Notes: a model not told the origin generated them from the sequence alone. Positions 1-10,339 are shown, counted from the first letter of the stretch. The stretch is 38,303 nt of DNA from Anaerolineales bacterium (GCA_046541755.1 JBKHCQ010000001.1:1-38303); one strand, 5' to 3'. Numbers and translations: made by a program.

Positions 1-929
1 TGCACGGGCGGCGGCCCCGATGGCGCGGCTCCTTCTGGCGCGGACGGGGACATCTCGCCGCCGAAGACCTCCATCCACTGCGCGACTTCATCATAAGAGA
101 GCTGCGCTTCAGTCTCCTTTTTGATGGTGAGCGGCTGCTGTGGCTTGGCCTGGGGCCGACGCGGCGGCTTCTTCTTGAGATCCGGCGGCGGTGGGCCGGC
201 GCTCTTGGCCTCCCCGAAAATCTCCAACCAGGCGGCCACCTCGGTGTCGGAGACTGCGTCGGGCTTTTCCTTGGATTGCGATGCGGTGGGTTTGGGGGAT
301 GGCGGCGCCAGATCGCGGGTTTTCTCCCCCTCGGATTTGCCCATCTGCGCGCCGATAGTGCTCGAAATGCCTGGTCGTCGCCTTCCTCGCCGGCGTCGCG
401 TGCGCCCCGAGAGCGGGCGCGGTTCTGGATATTCGGGAAAGCCATCCTCCTCTGTTTCCGGCGCCTCTGACAGAGATTCAAAGACATCTAACCAATAGGA
501 GACATCATCGGCGGAGATTTTTTGCGGCTTCTCCGATCTCTGCTCGGCCGGCGGCGCGTTCAACGCCTCGGCGAACTCCTGGGAAGTCATCGCGCGGGCG
601 TCGACCCTCGCGGCGGCATTCAGCACCTCGTGATCCGAGGAGACCACCGTCCAATTGCCCGGATCGGGCAGGCGTTGGAGCCGCTCGCGGATGATGCTAT
701 CGGCGTTGGTGTAGCCGCGCGCGGCGAAGACCACCTCCAACCCGCCGCGCGAAAGCTCGCGCGATGGCCCGCCGGGAATCCCGCCATCGAAGACGACCAC
801 CGCCTGCCGATCCTCGCGCCACGCCCAGAGACGCAGTCGCATCAGCAACTTGACCTCGTCGTGGGGATCGGCCAGATCGATATCCGGCAACATCGCGATC
901 ACATTATGGCCATCGATCAAAAAAGGCAT
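1..929 (-). CDS. YacP/Rae1-like NYN-domain (PIN-like) protein, partial (C-terminus runs off the left edge), with a repeat-containing acidic/Pro-rich tail
   Basis: Hand translation of the minus strand from ATG (cat at 927-929) gives an open frame to position 1. It reads MPFLIDGHNVIAMLPDIDLADPHDEVKLLMRLRLWAWREDRQAVVVFDGGIPGG...EVVFAARGYTNADSIIRERL...WTVVSSDHEVLNAAARVDA. The pattern LIDGxN...VVFDG...TADxxI...V(V/T)SD matches the YacP-like NYN family. An in-frame TAA lies at 960-962 upstream. The + strand track ORFs at 121-498 and 522-950 are shadows of this frame. Confidence 0.7.
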   Translation of the reverse strand, partial: MPFLIDGHNVIAMLPDIDLADPHDEVKLLMRLRLWAWREDRQAVVVFDGGIPGGPSRELSRGGLEVVFAARGYTNADSIIRERLQRLPDPGNWTVVSSDHEVLNAAARVDARAMTSQEFAEALNAPPAEQRSEKPQKISADDVSYWLDVFESLSEAPETEEDGFPEYPEPRPLSGRTRRRRGRRRPGISSTIGAQMGKSEGEKTRDLAPPSPKPTASQSKEKPDAVSDTEVAAWLEIFGEAKSAGPPPPDLKKKPPRRPQAKPQQPLTIKKETEAQLSYDEVAQWMEVFGGEMSPSAPEGAAPSGPPPV

Positions 930-1063
930 ACGCGCCCTACATCCATCTAATCCACTCCTTTAACTTTGGGGCCGCGTCCTATTGTCGCCGCTAATATCGC
1001 TGCCCCTAGCGCTCTTCGATATGGTAACAGCCTTGATTGGAAAAGCAAGGCTGCGCCATAAAC

Positions 1064-1077
1064 TAGATTATAATCTA
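1064..1077. repeat. 14-bp perfect palindrome TAGATTATAATCTA in the divergent yacP-like/rpoB intergenic region (possible operator, or a -10 element on either strand)
   Basis: Read directly; the sequence is its own reverse complement and contains TATAAT in both orientations. Confidence 0.4.
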
Positions 1078-1092
1078 ACTTTTTGCGTTTGG

Positions 1093-1120
1093 TTGACGTA
1101 ATTATGGCCCATGTTATAAT
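1093..1120 (+). promoter_or_regulatory. Sigma-70-type promoter candidate for rpoB: TTGACG-N16-(TGt)TATAAT
   Basis: TTGACG at 1093-1098, TATAAT at 1115-1120, and a TGn extended -10 at 1112-1114. It sits in an AT-rich 650-bp intergenic region and would give a leader of about 460 nt. Confidence 0.5.
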
Positions 1121-1585
1121 GTTAAATCGTTTAGATCGGATTAAGTAAACTCTCGATCTTAACTTTTACGCTATTAATTACTGTGTATATCATTTGTCGT
1201 ACAGATCATCTCTTGCGCGTCGATCCTCTCATGCCCACGTGGTATTATTTGTATTCTGCTGATGTGTTTTTATTAGAAAAAAAGCTGAAAAAAAGGAATG
1301 TCTGAGGATCTATTTGTCTGTAGGCGTGGGGATAACGTTGGTTAGAGGCTGTCATCGTGGGTTTTCGAAGCAGAACGATAGGGAAAAACGCCTTAGATGC
1401 CCCAGAGCGTGCTTATCCAAGTTCAAGGCAAACGAAGTGGGGTTGATGCGCGTGTTAAAGGGCCTACCCCACAACCTTGTGCATCTCAGACATCTTGGAA
1501 CTGCTTCGTTTGCCCATCGTCGACGACATTTTAAGGTCGATACTATAAAGAGATAGAATGGTCGCCCAGGAGGGAAGGGAACAGG

Positions 1586-4500
1586 ATGTCAGTAGCTGAT
1601 CTTGGAGTCAAATCGTATGCGCGTATTCCGAGTGCTTTGCCGCTCCCGGGACTGGTGGAAGTACAAGTCCAGTCCTATAATTGGTTGCTTAAGGAGGGGA
1701 TTAAGCAGCTTTTTGATGAGGTGTCGCCCATCGAAAGCTTCAATGGGACCTTAAGTCTTTACTTACCCGGCCACAAAGCAGAGGAGGCCGGGTTTGATCT
1801 GAATTACCGCTTTGACGAGCCAAAATACACGCGCCAGGAGTGTGTGGATCGAGATCTCACCTACTCTATTCCATTGCACGTAGATGTCGCGCTGGTCAAT
1901 CGTAAGACCAGCGAGATCATTCAACAGGAAATTTTCATGGGGGATTTTCCTCTTATGACCCAAGACGCTACCTTTGTCATCAACGGCACCGAGCGCGTCG
2001 TGGTCAGTCAGCTTATTCGCTCCCCCAGCGTCTATTTCGATTTGGAAATGGATAAGGGCCGTCGTCTGGCCAGCGCCAAGATGATCCCCGACCGGGGGGC
2101 GTGGATGCAATTTGAGACCCGGAAGTCGGGCTATTTGGTGCTGCGCTTCAATCGGAAGCGTACTATCCCGGTGACGATCTTCCTCCGCGCGTTGGCGGCG
2201 GTGGAGGATGAGTTGCACAGCGATGTTCTTTCAGAGGGCACCGATGAAGAGCTGTTGGAGCTTTTTGGGGAAGCTGACAACGATCCTGATAACCCCTGGA
2301 TCCCCAACACGATTCGGCAAGAGCCAACGTGGGAGATGAAGGCAAATCGGCCCATCGCCGAAGAGGCGCTCATCGAGTTTTACCGCCGGATGCGGCCTGG
2401 TGATCCGCCCACGTTGGATAATGCGCAGGAATACCTGGTCTCGCAGCTCTTCGACCCTCAACGCTACAACTTGCAGCGGGTTGGGCGCTATAAGCTCAAC
2501 CAACGGATGCAGCTCAATATCCCAATGTCGGTGCGCACGCTCACCAAAGAAGATGTGGTAGCGATTGTTCGTCGTATGATCCACATCAATAACGGCGTCG
2601 CCGGCCCGGATGATATGGATCATCTGGGTAATCGGCGCGTCAAGACGATGGGGGAGTTGGTGCAAGCCAAGATCCGCGTCGGCATCGTACGGATGGTCCG
2701 CGTCGTCAAAGAGCGAATGAGCATCCGCGATCAATCGCCGACGCCCGTGAACCTGATCAACATTCGCCCCGTCGTCGCCGTCGTGCGGCAATTCTTTGGG
2801 TCGAGTCAACTCTCCCAATTTATGGAACAGACCAACCCCCTTTCGAGCCTCACGCACAAGCGAACCCTGTCGGCGCTGGGGCCAGGCGGGTTGCGCCGTG
2901 AGCGCGCCGGCTTCGATGTCCGGGACGTGCATCACAGCCACTATGGGCGCATCTGCCCCATCGAGACGCCGGAGGGGCCGAACATCGGTCTGATCGGGCG
3001 CTTGGCCGCGTTCGCGCGCGTCAATGATCTGGGATTTGTGGAGACGCCCTACCGGCGCGTCATCCGCGTAGTACAGAACTCGGCGCCGCAACTGGAGGGC
3101 GAAGTTCTGCGCGACGATGTGCGTGATCCCGACTCCGACGAAGTGGTGGCCGCGGCGGGCGTCAAGATCACAGCGGAATTAGCTGAGGAGATTGCGGCGT
3201 TGCCGTTGAAAGATCCAATCAAAGTGGCGCCGCGCGTCACGGATGAGGTCGTTTATCTCTCGGCGGATCGCGAGGAACCGTATGTCATCGCCCAAGCAAA
3301 CGCTATCTTGGATGATGCGGGATACTTTGTTGAGGGGCGTGTTCCGGCGCGCTATGGCGATCAATTTATGTTCGCTGCCCCGACGCGCATCGACTACATT
3401 GACGTCGCCCCGATCCAGATCGTGGGCATTGCGGCGGCGTTGATCCCCTTCTTGGAGCATGATGACGCGAACCGCGCCCTGATGGGATCCAACATGCAGC
3501 GGCAGGCCGTGCCATTGGTGCGTCCGGATGCGCCCATTGTCGGGACGGGCATTGAGCGCCCGGCGGCGGAAAACTCCGGTCTGGTCTTCTTGGCGGAGAG
3601 GGATGGTGTCGTCATCAGCTCCACCGGCGAGCGCGTCATTGTCCGCTACGATGATGGCGAGGTCGGCGCCTACGAGCTGTACAAATACGCGCGCTCGAAT
3701 CAGAGCACGTGCATCGATCAGCGTGCGGTCGTAACCAAGGGGCAGCGGGTCAAGAAAGGCGATGTGCTCGTCGATAGTTCCTCTACCGAGGGCGGCAATC
3801 TGGCTCTGGGGCAGAACGTGTTGGTCGCTTTTATGTCGTGGGAGGGCGGCAACTACGAGGACGCGATTCTTCTAAGTGAGAATATGGTGCGCGAAGATCG
3901 CTTCTCCTCGGTTCACATCGACGAGTATGAACTGGTCGCTCGCGATACCAAATTAGGGCCGGAAGAGGTAACCCGCGAGATCCCCAACGTCTCGGATGAT
4001 GTCTTGCGAGAGTTGGACGAGGAGGGCGTCATTCGCGTCGGCGCGGAAGTCGGGCCGCTGGACATTCTGGTTGGCAAGATCACGCCAAAGGGCGAGAAGG
4101 AGTTGACTCCCGAAGAGAAACTCTTGCGGGCGATCTTTGGCGAAAAGCTTCGCGATGTGAAGGATACCAGTTTACGAATGCCGCACGGCGCGTATGGTAA
4201 AGTTGTGGATGTCAAGGTCTTTGATCGCGAGGAGTATCGCGATCTGCCCGCCGGCGTAGAAGAGGTCGTGCGCATCAACGTCGCGCAGCGTCGTAAGATC
4301 ACGGCGGGCGATAAGATGGCCGGCCGGCACGGCAATAAGGGTGTCATCTCTAAAATCGTGCCGATCGAGGATATGCCTTATTTGGAAGATGGCACGCCGG
4401 TCGATGTCATCCTCAACCCCTTGGGGGTGCCGGGGCGGATGAACATCGGGCAGGTACTGGAGACCCACCTGGGCTGGGCGGCGGCTCGTCTGGGCTTCCG

Positions 4501-5488
4501 AACCATTTCGCCCGTCTTCGACGGCGCCAATGAGGAGGAAATTGCCGCCGAGTTGGCCCGCGCTTGGCTTATTGATCGCGCGTGGGCGGATGTTGGCGAG
4601 CGGGCCTGGACGTGGCTCCGAGCGCAGGATTATGATCTGGAAACGTTGCGCGATGACGAGGAAGCGCGCTTGCTCTACATCATGTCGTGGCTGGCGCCGG
4701 AAGGCTATAACATCAATCGCCTGCGATATGACCGCATTTATGCGCGGCGCTCTGTATTGCGCGAGTGGCTGCGGGATCGCGGCTACGATCCGGATGAAAT
4801 TCTCTGCTTCGAGGATGATGACCGGCCTCATCGCGAGCGTCAGCGTGTGGATGAGAAGGCGCAGGTTGTCTGTCTGCGATTATGGCTAGAGGAACACGGT
4901 CAAGAGGTCGCGGATCTTTCTGATGAAGAGGCCGCCTACGAGGCCACGACCTACGGTCTCGAGCACGACGCGCCCCTCCCGACGTTGGGCAAGATGCGTC
5001 TCTACGATGGGAAGACAGGAAAACCCTTTGATCTTCCGGTCACCGTGGGGATCATTTATATGCTCAAGTTAGCCCATATGGTGGAGGACAAGGTCCATAC
5101 CCGATCCACGGGGCCTTACTCCTTGGTTACCCAACAACCGTTGGGCGGCAAGGCGCAATTTGGGGGTCAGCGTTTTGGCGAGATGGAGGTCTGGGCCTTA
5201 GAAGCTTATGGCGCGGCTTACATCCTTCAGGAAATGCTGACGATCAAATCGGATGATGTGCAAGGGCGGGTTAAGGCTTACGAATCGATTGTTAAGGGCC
5301 TGCCCATTGAAGAGCCGGGTATTCCCGCTTCTTTCAAGGTGTTGGTCAAGGAATTGCAAAGCCTGGCTCTGTCTGTTGAGGCCGTGACCGACTCTGGAGA
5401 AATCTTGCGCTTTGGCCGCGAAGAGCGTCAAGCCAAAATCCCCAAGCTGGGGATGGGATTATTGGGACTGGCTCCCGAAGAGCAATGA
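1586..5488 (+). CDS. rpoB: DNA-directed RNA polymerase subunit beta
   Basis: 1300-aa ORF with hallmark RpoB motifs ([89 protein letters not shown]). AGGAGGGAAGGGA SD precedes the ATG. Confidence 0.98.
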   Translation: MSVADLGVKSYARIPSALPLPGLVEVQVQSYNWLLKEGIKQLFDEVSPIESFNGTLSLYLPGHKAEEAGFDLNYRFDEPKYTRQECVDRDLTYSIPLHVDVALVNRKTSEIIQQEIFMGDFPLMTQDATFVINGTERVVVSQLIRSPSVYFDLEMDKGRRLASAKMIPDRGAWMQFETRKSGYLVLRFNRKRTIPVTIFLRALAAVEDELHSDVLSEGTDEELLELFGEADNDPDNPWIPNTIRQEPTWEMKANRPIAEEALIEFYRRMRPGDPPTLDNAQEYLVSQLFDPQRYNLQRVGRYKLNQRMQLNIPMSVRTLTKEDVVAIVRRMIHINNGVAGPDDMDHLGNRRVKTMGELVQAKIRVGIVRMVRVVKERMSIRDQSPTPVNLINIRPVVAVVRQFFGSSQLSQFMEQTNPLSSLTHKRTLSALGPGGLRRERAGFDVRDVHHSHYGRICPIETPEGPNIGLIGRLAAFARVNDLGFVETPYRRVIRVVQNSAPQLEGEVLRDDVRDPDSDEVVAAAGVKITAELAEEIAALPLKDPIKVAPRVTDEVVYLSADREEPYVIAQANAILDDAGYFVEGRVPARYGDQFMFAAPTRIDYIDVAPIQIVGIAAALIPFLEHDDANRALMGSNMQRQAVPLVRPDAPIVGTGIERPAAENSGLVFLAERDGVVISSTGERVIVRYDDGEVGAYELYKYARSNQSTCIDQRAVVTKGQRVKKGDVLVDSSSTEGGNLALGQNVLVAFMSWEGGNYEDAILLSENMVREDRFSSVHIDEYELVARDTKLGPEEVTREIPNVSDDVLRELDEEGVIRVGAEVGPLDILVGKITPKGEKELTPEEKLLRAIFGEKLRDVKDTSLRMPHGAYGKVVDVKVFDREEYRDLPAGVEEVVRINVAQRRKITAGDKMAGRHGNKGVISKIVPIEDMPYLEDGTPVDVILNPLGVPGRMNIGQVLETHLGWAAARLGFRTISPVFDGANEEEIAAELARAWLIDRAWADVGERAWTWLRAQDYDLETLRDDEEARLLYIMSWLAPEGYNINRLRYDRIYARRSVLREWLRDRGYDPDEILCFEDDDRPHRERQRVDEKAQVVCLRLWLEEHGQEVADLSDEEAAYEATTYGLEHDAPLPTLGKMRLYDGKTGKPFDLPVTVGIIYMLKLAHMVEDKVHTRSTGPYSLVTQQPLGGKAQFGGQRFGEMEVWALEAYGAAYILQEMLTIKSDDVQGRVKAYESIVKGLPIEEPGIPASFKVLVKELQSLALSVEAVTDSGEILRFGREERQAKIPKLGMGLLGLAPEEQ

Positions 5489-5530
5489 ATTGTTCTGGAA
5501 GGCGCTTGGGTGAATAAGATTCCCATTAGG

Positions 5531-5558
5531 TTGACCTTTTACAGTTCCATGGTAGAAT
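5531..5558 (+). promoter_or_regulatory. Sigma-70-type promoter candidate for the str operon: TTGACC-N16-(TGg)TAGAAT
   Basis: TTGACC at 5531-5536, TAGAAT at 5553-5558, and TG at 5550-5551. It lies in the 206-nt rpoB-rpsL spacer. Confidence 0.45.
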
Positions 5559-5630
5559 TTACTTTCGCATGAGGGATGGCGGCTACTAACCCCGCCATCG
5601 ACAGGTGAAGAGATTTTGGTCGACAAGCAA

Positions 5631-5661
5631 GGAGGCCATCATGGTTAGATGGCCTCCTTTT
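5631..5661 (+). terminator. Intrinsic-terminator-like hairpin (GGAGGCCATC / loop atggtta / GATGGCCTCC + TTTT). Either the rpoB terminator or an rpsL leader attenuator
   Basis: Perfect 10-bp stem at 5631-5640 / 5648-5657 followed by TTTT at 5658-5661. An upstream hairpin at 5575-5582 / 5592-5599 shares the GCCATC / GATGGC elements, which would allow alternative pairing. Confidence 0.5.
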
Positions 5662-5667
5662 GAGTAA
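5641..5667 (+). promoter_or_regulatory. Candidate 8-codon leader uORF (MVRWPPFE) embedded in the terminator hairpin
   Basis: AAGGAGG at 5629-5635, a 5-nt spacer, then ATG GTT AGA TGG CCT CCT TTT GAG TAA. The SD and the ORF body form the two arms of the hairpin. Confidence 0.3.
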
Positions 5668-5694
5668 AACGACTCTTTTAGTAGGAGGAGAAAG

Positions 5695-6111
5695 TTGCCC
5701 ACCATTAATCAATTGGTTCGTAAGGGACGTAAGCCGAAAGAGAAGAAGTCTAAGGCGCCGGCGTTACTCTACAACTACAACACACTTAAGGGAAAGCGCG
5801 TGCGCGTTCAAGAGGGAAACCCTCAAAAGCGGGGTGTTTGTACCGTGGTTCGGACCATGACGCCGAAGAAGCCGAATTCTGCGCTGCGTAAAATCGCGCG
5901 GGTTCGACTCTCCAATCGTATCGAGGTGACTGCCTATATCCCCGGCGAGGGGCATAATTTGCAGGAACACTCGGTTGTATTGGTTCGCGGCGGACGTGTG
6001 AAGGATCTTCCGGGCGTGCGTTACCACATCGTCCGGGGTGCATTGGATGCGACCGGTGTTGATGGTCGTAGTCAGCGTCGTTCTAAGTATGGGACCAAGA
6101 AGCCCAAGTAA
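5695..6111 (+). CDS. rpsL: 30S ribosomal protein S12 (TTG start)
   Basis: [12 protein letters not shown]...[22 protein letters not shown]...[42 protein letters not shown] at 5682-5689. Confidence 0.97.
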   Translation: MPTINQLVRKGRKPKEKKSKAPALLYNYNTLKGKRVRVQEGNPQKRGVCTVVRTMTPKKPNSALRKIARVRLSNRIEVTAYIPGEGHNLQEHSVVLVRGGRVKDLPGVRYHIVRGALDATGVDGRSQRRSKYGTKKPK

Positions 6112-6134
6112 GACTGATAGGATAGAGTGAGATT

Positions 6135-6605
6135 ATGCCAAGGCGTTATCGTCCACCCAAACGAGAAATTCCACCTGATATTCGTTATCATAGCGTTTTA
6201 ATCGAACGTTTTATCAACCGTATGATGTACGGTGGTAAGAAGAATGTAGCGCGTCGTGTGATGTATGATGCGATGGACATCATGGAAGCGCGCGCGGGGA
6301 AACCCCCGCTAGAGGTCTTCGAGGCCGCCGTACAAAATGTAATGCCCCCGGTCGAGGTTAAGCCGCGCCGGGTCGGCGGAGCCACCTACCAGATTCCGGT
6401 TGAGGTGCCGCGTTACCGCCAAGTTTCGCTGGCGATCCGCTGGTTGTTAGCGGCGGCGCGTAGTCGTGGCGGGCATGACATGGTTGATAAGCTGGCGGCA
6501 GAATTGCTAGATGCCTCTGAGGAGCGCGGCGCGGCTGTGCGACGTCGTGAGGAAACTCTGCGGATGGCAGAAGCAAACCGCGCATTTGCTCATTTGCGTT
6601 GGTAA
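6135..6605 (+). CDS. rpsG: 30S ribosomal protein S7
   Basis: 156 aa: MPRR...GGKKNVARRVMYDAM...VEVKPRRVGGATYQIPVEV...EANRAFAHLRW. Confidence 0.97.
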   Translation: MPRRYRPPKREIPPDIRYHSVLIERFINRMMYGGKKNVARRVMYDAMDIMEARAGKPPLEVFEAAVQNVMPPVEVKPRRVGGATYQIPVEVPRYRQVSLAIRWLLAAARSRGGHDMVDKLAAELLDASEERGAAVRRREETLRMAEANRAFAHLRW

Positions 6606-6659
6606 GTTGTTAGAATTGCTATCGCTGGATGAGATTGAATTCTATCGAGGTCGCTAGCG

Positions 6660-8735
6660 ATGGCTGAAGTTGTACATTCACTTGAGAATATTCGTAATAT
6701 TGGGATTATTGCCCACATTGATGCGGGCAAGACGACCACCACGGAGCGCATCCTATATTACACGGGACGCACCTACCGCTTAGGCAGCGTTGATGAGGGG
6801 ACGACCGTCACCGATTGGATGAAGCAGGAACGCGAACGGGGGATTACGATTACATCGGCCGCCGTGACCTGTTTTTGGCGTGATTGTCAGATCAACATCG
6901 TGGACACGCCGGGCCACATCGATTTTACCGCCGAAGTGCAGCGTAGTCTGCGAGTATTGGATGGCGGCGTGGTGGTTTTTGACGGCACGGCTGGCGTCGA
7001 GCCGCAGTCGGAGACGGTATGGCGGCAGGCGCAGGCATTTAAGGTGCCCCTCGTTGCGTTCGTGAATAAGATGGACAAGCTGGGGGCGGATTTTGCCCAC
7101 GCGGTGAGTACCATCCGCGAGCGCCTGAAGGCGAACCCCGTGCCGATCCAATGGCCCATCGGCGCCGAGTCTAGTTTTCGAGGGATCGTGGACTTGCTGG
7201 CCTGGGAGGCTGTTATCTGGGATGACGATTTGGGACAGAACCCACGGAAGGTGGAGGTTCCCGAATCTGTGGCTGAAGAAGCGCAACAAGCGCGTGAAGC
7301 TGCTCTAGAAGCGATCGTCGAGACTGATGATGACCTGATGTTGCGTTATCTGGAGGGGGAAGATATTCCCGCTGAGGATTTACGCCGTGCGTTGCGCGGC
7401 GCCACAATTATCGGGCGAATTCAGCCTGTTTTGTGCGGGTCAGCATTACGCAACAAAGGAATTCAGCCGTTGCTGGATGCGGTGGTGGATTTTTTGCCCT
7501 CGCCGTTGGAGGTTCCTCCGATCAAGGGGCGAAATCCTAAGAAAGATTGCATCGAGGAACGGGAAGCGGATCCTGATGGGCCGCTGGCAGCTCTGGTCTT
7601 TAAAATTACGACGGATGCGTATGCGGGACGATTAGGGTACTTTCGTGTGTACTCGGGTAAGATACAACGCGGCAACGTCTACATAAACCCGGTCAAGAAT
7701 GTCCGAGAGCGCATTCCGCGGTTACTGCGGATGTTCGCCGATCACCGCGAGGAAGTCGATGTGCTACGCGCGGGCGATATCGGGGCCACGGTAGGGCTGA
7801 AAGAGACCTTTACCGGGGATACTTTGAGCGCGATGCACGCGCCGATTGTGTTGGAATCCATCCGCTTCCCAGATCCGGTGATCTCCGTAGCGGTCGAGCC
7901 GAAGACGCTCGCCGATCAGGATCGTCTAAACGAGGCGCTAGGGCGGTTGTCGGAGGAAGATCCCACGTTCCGCGTCCAACAAGATGAGGCCACAGGCCAG
8001 ACAATCATCTCTGGGATGGGCGAATTACATCTGGACATCTTGGTGGATCGGATGTTGCGCGAGTTCAACGTCCAGGCCAACGTGGGGAAGCGCCGCGTGG
8101 CTTATAAAGAGACTGTCACTAAAACTGAGTGGGCCGACATCGAATTTAACCGGATGCTGGGCGGCAAAATCCAGTATGCGCGAGTTGTACTGGAGGTTCG
8201 ACCGGCAGATGATGAGAGTGAAAATCACTTTGTGAATGCGCTGCAACCGGATACATTGCCGGAAGAATATATCGCGGCCATCGAAAATGGGGTGATGGAC
8301 TCTCTGGAAAGTGGCTTTCTGGCCGGTTACCCTTTAGTGGGTTTAGTGATCCGCTTAGTTGATGCCAAGATGGATCCTAACAGCTCATCACCCATCGCCT
8401 TCGAGGCCGCGGCAGTTCAAGCCCTACGCATAGCTGTGGAATCGGCGTCTCCGGTGTTGTTAGAGCCGGTGATGGATCTGGAGGTTGTCGTTCCGGAAGG
8501 ATTTGTGGGTGAGGTGATGGGCGATTTGAATGCTCGCGGCGCGGATATTCAAAAGATGGAAATGCGTCCGAGCGGGGGGCAAGCTGTGCGAGCTTATGCT
8601 CCTTTGTCCCAATTATTCGGGTACGCCACCGACTTGCGAAGTGCGACGCAGGGACGGGGTACATTTACGATGGAATTCCACCACTATGCACCGGTGGATT
8701 CTCGACAGATGGATGCCATTTTATATGGCGCATAA
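6660..8735 (+). CDS. fusA: Elongation factor G
   Basis: 691 aa with G motifs [31 protein letters not shown] and NKMDK. Confidence 0.97.
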   Translation: MAEVVHSLENIRNIGIIAHIDAGKTTTTERILYYTGRTYRLGSVDEGTTVTDWMKQERERGITITSAAVTCFWRDCQINIVDTPGHIDFTAEVQRSLRVLDGGVVVFDGTAGVEPQSETVWRQAQAFKVPLVAFVNKMDKLGADFAHAVSTIRERLKANPVPIQWPIGAESSFRGIVDLLAWEAVIWDDDLGQNPRKVEVPESVAEEAQQAREAALEAIVETDDDLMLRYLEGEDIPAEDLRRALRGATIIGRIQPVLCGSALRNKGIQPLLDAVVDFLPSPLEVPPIKGRNPKKDCIEEREADPDGPLAALVFKITTDAYAGRLGYFRVYSGKIQRGNVYINPVKNVRERIPRLLRMFADHREEVDVLRAGDIGATVGLKETFTGDTLSAMHAPIVLESIRFPDPVISVAVEPKTLADQDRLNEALGRLSEEDPTFRVQQDEATGQTIISGMGELHLDILVDRMLREFNVQANVGKRRVAYKETVTKTEWADIEFNRMLGGKIQYARVVLEVRPADDESENHFVNALQPDTLPEEYIAAIENGVMDSLESGFLAGYPLVGLVIRLVDAKMDPNSSSPIAFEAAAVQALRIAVESASPVLLEPVMDLEVVVPEGFVGEVMGDLNARGADIQKMEMRPSGGQAVRAYAPLSQLFGYATDLRSATQGRGTFTMEFHHYAPVDSRQMDAILYGA

Positions 8736-8790
8736 CTCATAAGATAAGTGATAATCAGCTTTACTTAAAATTCAAAAGGAGAAGTGGAGA

Positions 8791-10008
8791 ATGGCTAAGG
8801 AGACTTTTGAGCGCACGAAGCCCCATGTCAATGTTGGCACCATTGGACACATTGATCACGGCAAAACGACGCTGACCGCTGCAATTACCCGCACGTTGGC
8901 CCTCAAAGGATGGGCGGACTTCCGGGGATATGATGATGTCGCAAAAGCTGACGCGAAGATGTTCCGTCGGGATGCGACCAAGATCTTGACCGTGGCGATT
9001 TCCCACGTCGAGTACGAGACGGAAAACCGTCACTACGCGCACGTGGATTGCCCCGGACACCGCGACTACATCAAAAACATGATCACCGGTGCGGCGCAGA
9101 TGGACGGCGCGATCCTGGTTGTGTCCGCGGTCGACGGGCCGATGCCTCAGACTCGCGAACACATCTTGTTGGCGCGTCAGGTTGAGGTCCCCGCAATTGT
9201 GGTCTTCTTGAACAAGGTCGATTTGATGGATGACCCAGAGCTATTGGAGCTGGTCGACCTGGAGATTCGCGAGCTGTTGAGCAGCTATCAGTTCCCCGGC
9301 GACGAGACCCCCATTGTGCAAGGGTCAGCGTTAAAAGCACTGAATTGCGAGGATGATGACCCCGACGCCGAACCCTATCAGCCGATTTGGGAGCTGATGC
9401 GGGTGGTGGATGAGTACATCCCCACGCCCGAACGCGACGAGGACAAGCCCTTCTTAATGCCCATCGAGGACGTCTTCTCGATCAAGGGACGTGGTACGGT
9501 GGTCACCGGGCGCGTTACCCGTGGTACGATGCGACCCAATACACCAGTTGAGATCGTGGGCTTGAACGAGGACCCCATCTCGACCGTGGTGACATCCATG
9601 GAGATGTTCCACAAAATCTTGGAAGAAGTGCGCGCAGGCGATAATGCCGGCTTGCTCTTGCGAGGTGTTGGTAAGGATGAAGTGGGCCGTGGTATGGTGG
9701 TTGCTAAACCTGGGTCCATCCATGCGAAGCGGAAGTTTGAGGCCGAGGTCTACGTCCTGCAGAAGGACGAGGGCGGACGGCACAAACCCTTCTTCACGGG
9801 ATACAAGCCGCAGTTCTACATCGGTACAATGGATGTGACCGGTGAGGTAACCTTGTCAGAGGATGTGAAGATGGTGATGCCTGGGGATAACACGATGATG
9901 AAGGTCGAGTTAATCACCCCGGTGGCGCTTGAGGCTGGTTCCCGATTCGCGATCCGTGAAGGTGGCCTGACCGTTGGCGCTGGCGTTATCACCAGAGTAA
10001 TCGAGTAG
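8791..10008 (+). CDS. tuf: Elongation factor Tu (with a non-canonical switch-I segment)
   Basis: 405 aa: [48 protein letters not shown] and a canonical C-terminal domain. The usual D-x-APEE-x-x-RGITI block is replaced by [24 protein letters not shown]. Confidence 0.93.
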   Translation: MAKETFERTKPHVNVGTIGHIDHGKTTLTAAITRTLALKGWADFRGYDDVAKADAKMFRRDATKILTVAISHVEYETENRHYAHVDCPGHRDYIKNMITGAAQMDGAILVVSAVDGPMPQTREHILLARQVEVPAIVVFLNKVDLMDDPELLELVDLEIRELLSSYQFPGDETPIVQGSALKALNCEDDDPDAEPYQPIWELMRVVDEYIPTPERDEDKPFLMPIEDVFSIKGRGTVVTGRVTRGTMRPNTPVEIVGLNEDPISTVVTSMEMFHKILEEVRAGDNAGLLLRGVGKDEVGRGMVVAKPGSIHAKRKFEAEVYVLQKDEGGRHKPFFTGYKPQFYIGTMDVTGEVTLSEDVKMVMPGDNTMMKVELITPVALEAGSRFAIREGGLTVGAGVITRVIE

Positions 10009-10030
10009 CCCGTTCTAAATCAGGTGGTTT

Positions 10031-10339
10031 ATGACAAAACAACGGATTCGTATTCGGCTCAAAGCCTATGATCATCGGATTCTAGATGAATCCGCTCGGC
10101 GTATCGTCGAGGCGGCGGAGCGCACTGGCGCACGGGTTGCTGGCCCAGTTCCACTGCCGACCAAGATTGAGCGCTTTACGGTGCGACGTTCTCCATTTAT
10201 CGATAAGGACAGTCACGAGCACTTCGAAATCCGCACGCATAAGCGTTTAATCGATATTCAAGAGCCGGATTCGAAAACTATTGATACCCTGATGCGGCTG
10301 AACATGCCCGCCGGGGTTGACATCGAGATTAAGCTGTAA
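10031..10339 (+). CDS. rpsJ: 30S ribosomal protein S10
   Basis: 102 aa: [24 protein letters not shown]...GPVPLPT...[28 protein letters not shown]. Confidence 0.97.
   Translation: MTKQRIRIRLKAYDHRILDESARRIVEAAERTGARVAGPVPLPTKIERFTVRRSPFIDKDSHEHFEIRTHKRLIDIQEPDSKTIDTLMRLNMPAGVDIEIKL

Noticed and set aside
121-950. Track ORFs 121-498 (+), 276-470 (+) and 522-950 (+).
   Set aside because: They have Gly/Arg-rich nonsense composition and no SD. They lie exactly antisense to a continuous minus-strand frame with clear YacP/NYN similarity, so they are shadow ORFs of a GC-rich gene.
1314-1556. 80-aa ORF (TTG start) inside the rpoB leader.
   Set aside because: It has no SD, a non-ATG start, odd composition and no recognisable motif. 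It is more likely untranslated leader RNA.
2231-3091. 286-aa minus-strand ORF and other antisense ORFs within rpoB, fusA, tuf, secY, rplP and other conserved genes.
   Set aside because: They are antisense to universally conserved genes and have no motifs or SD. They are chance open frames.
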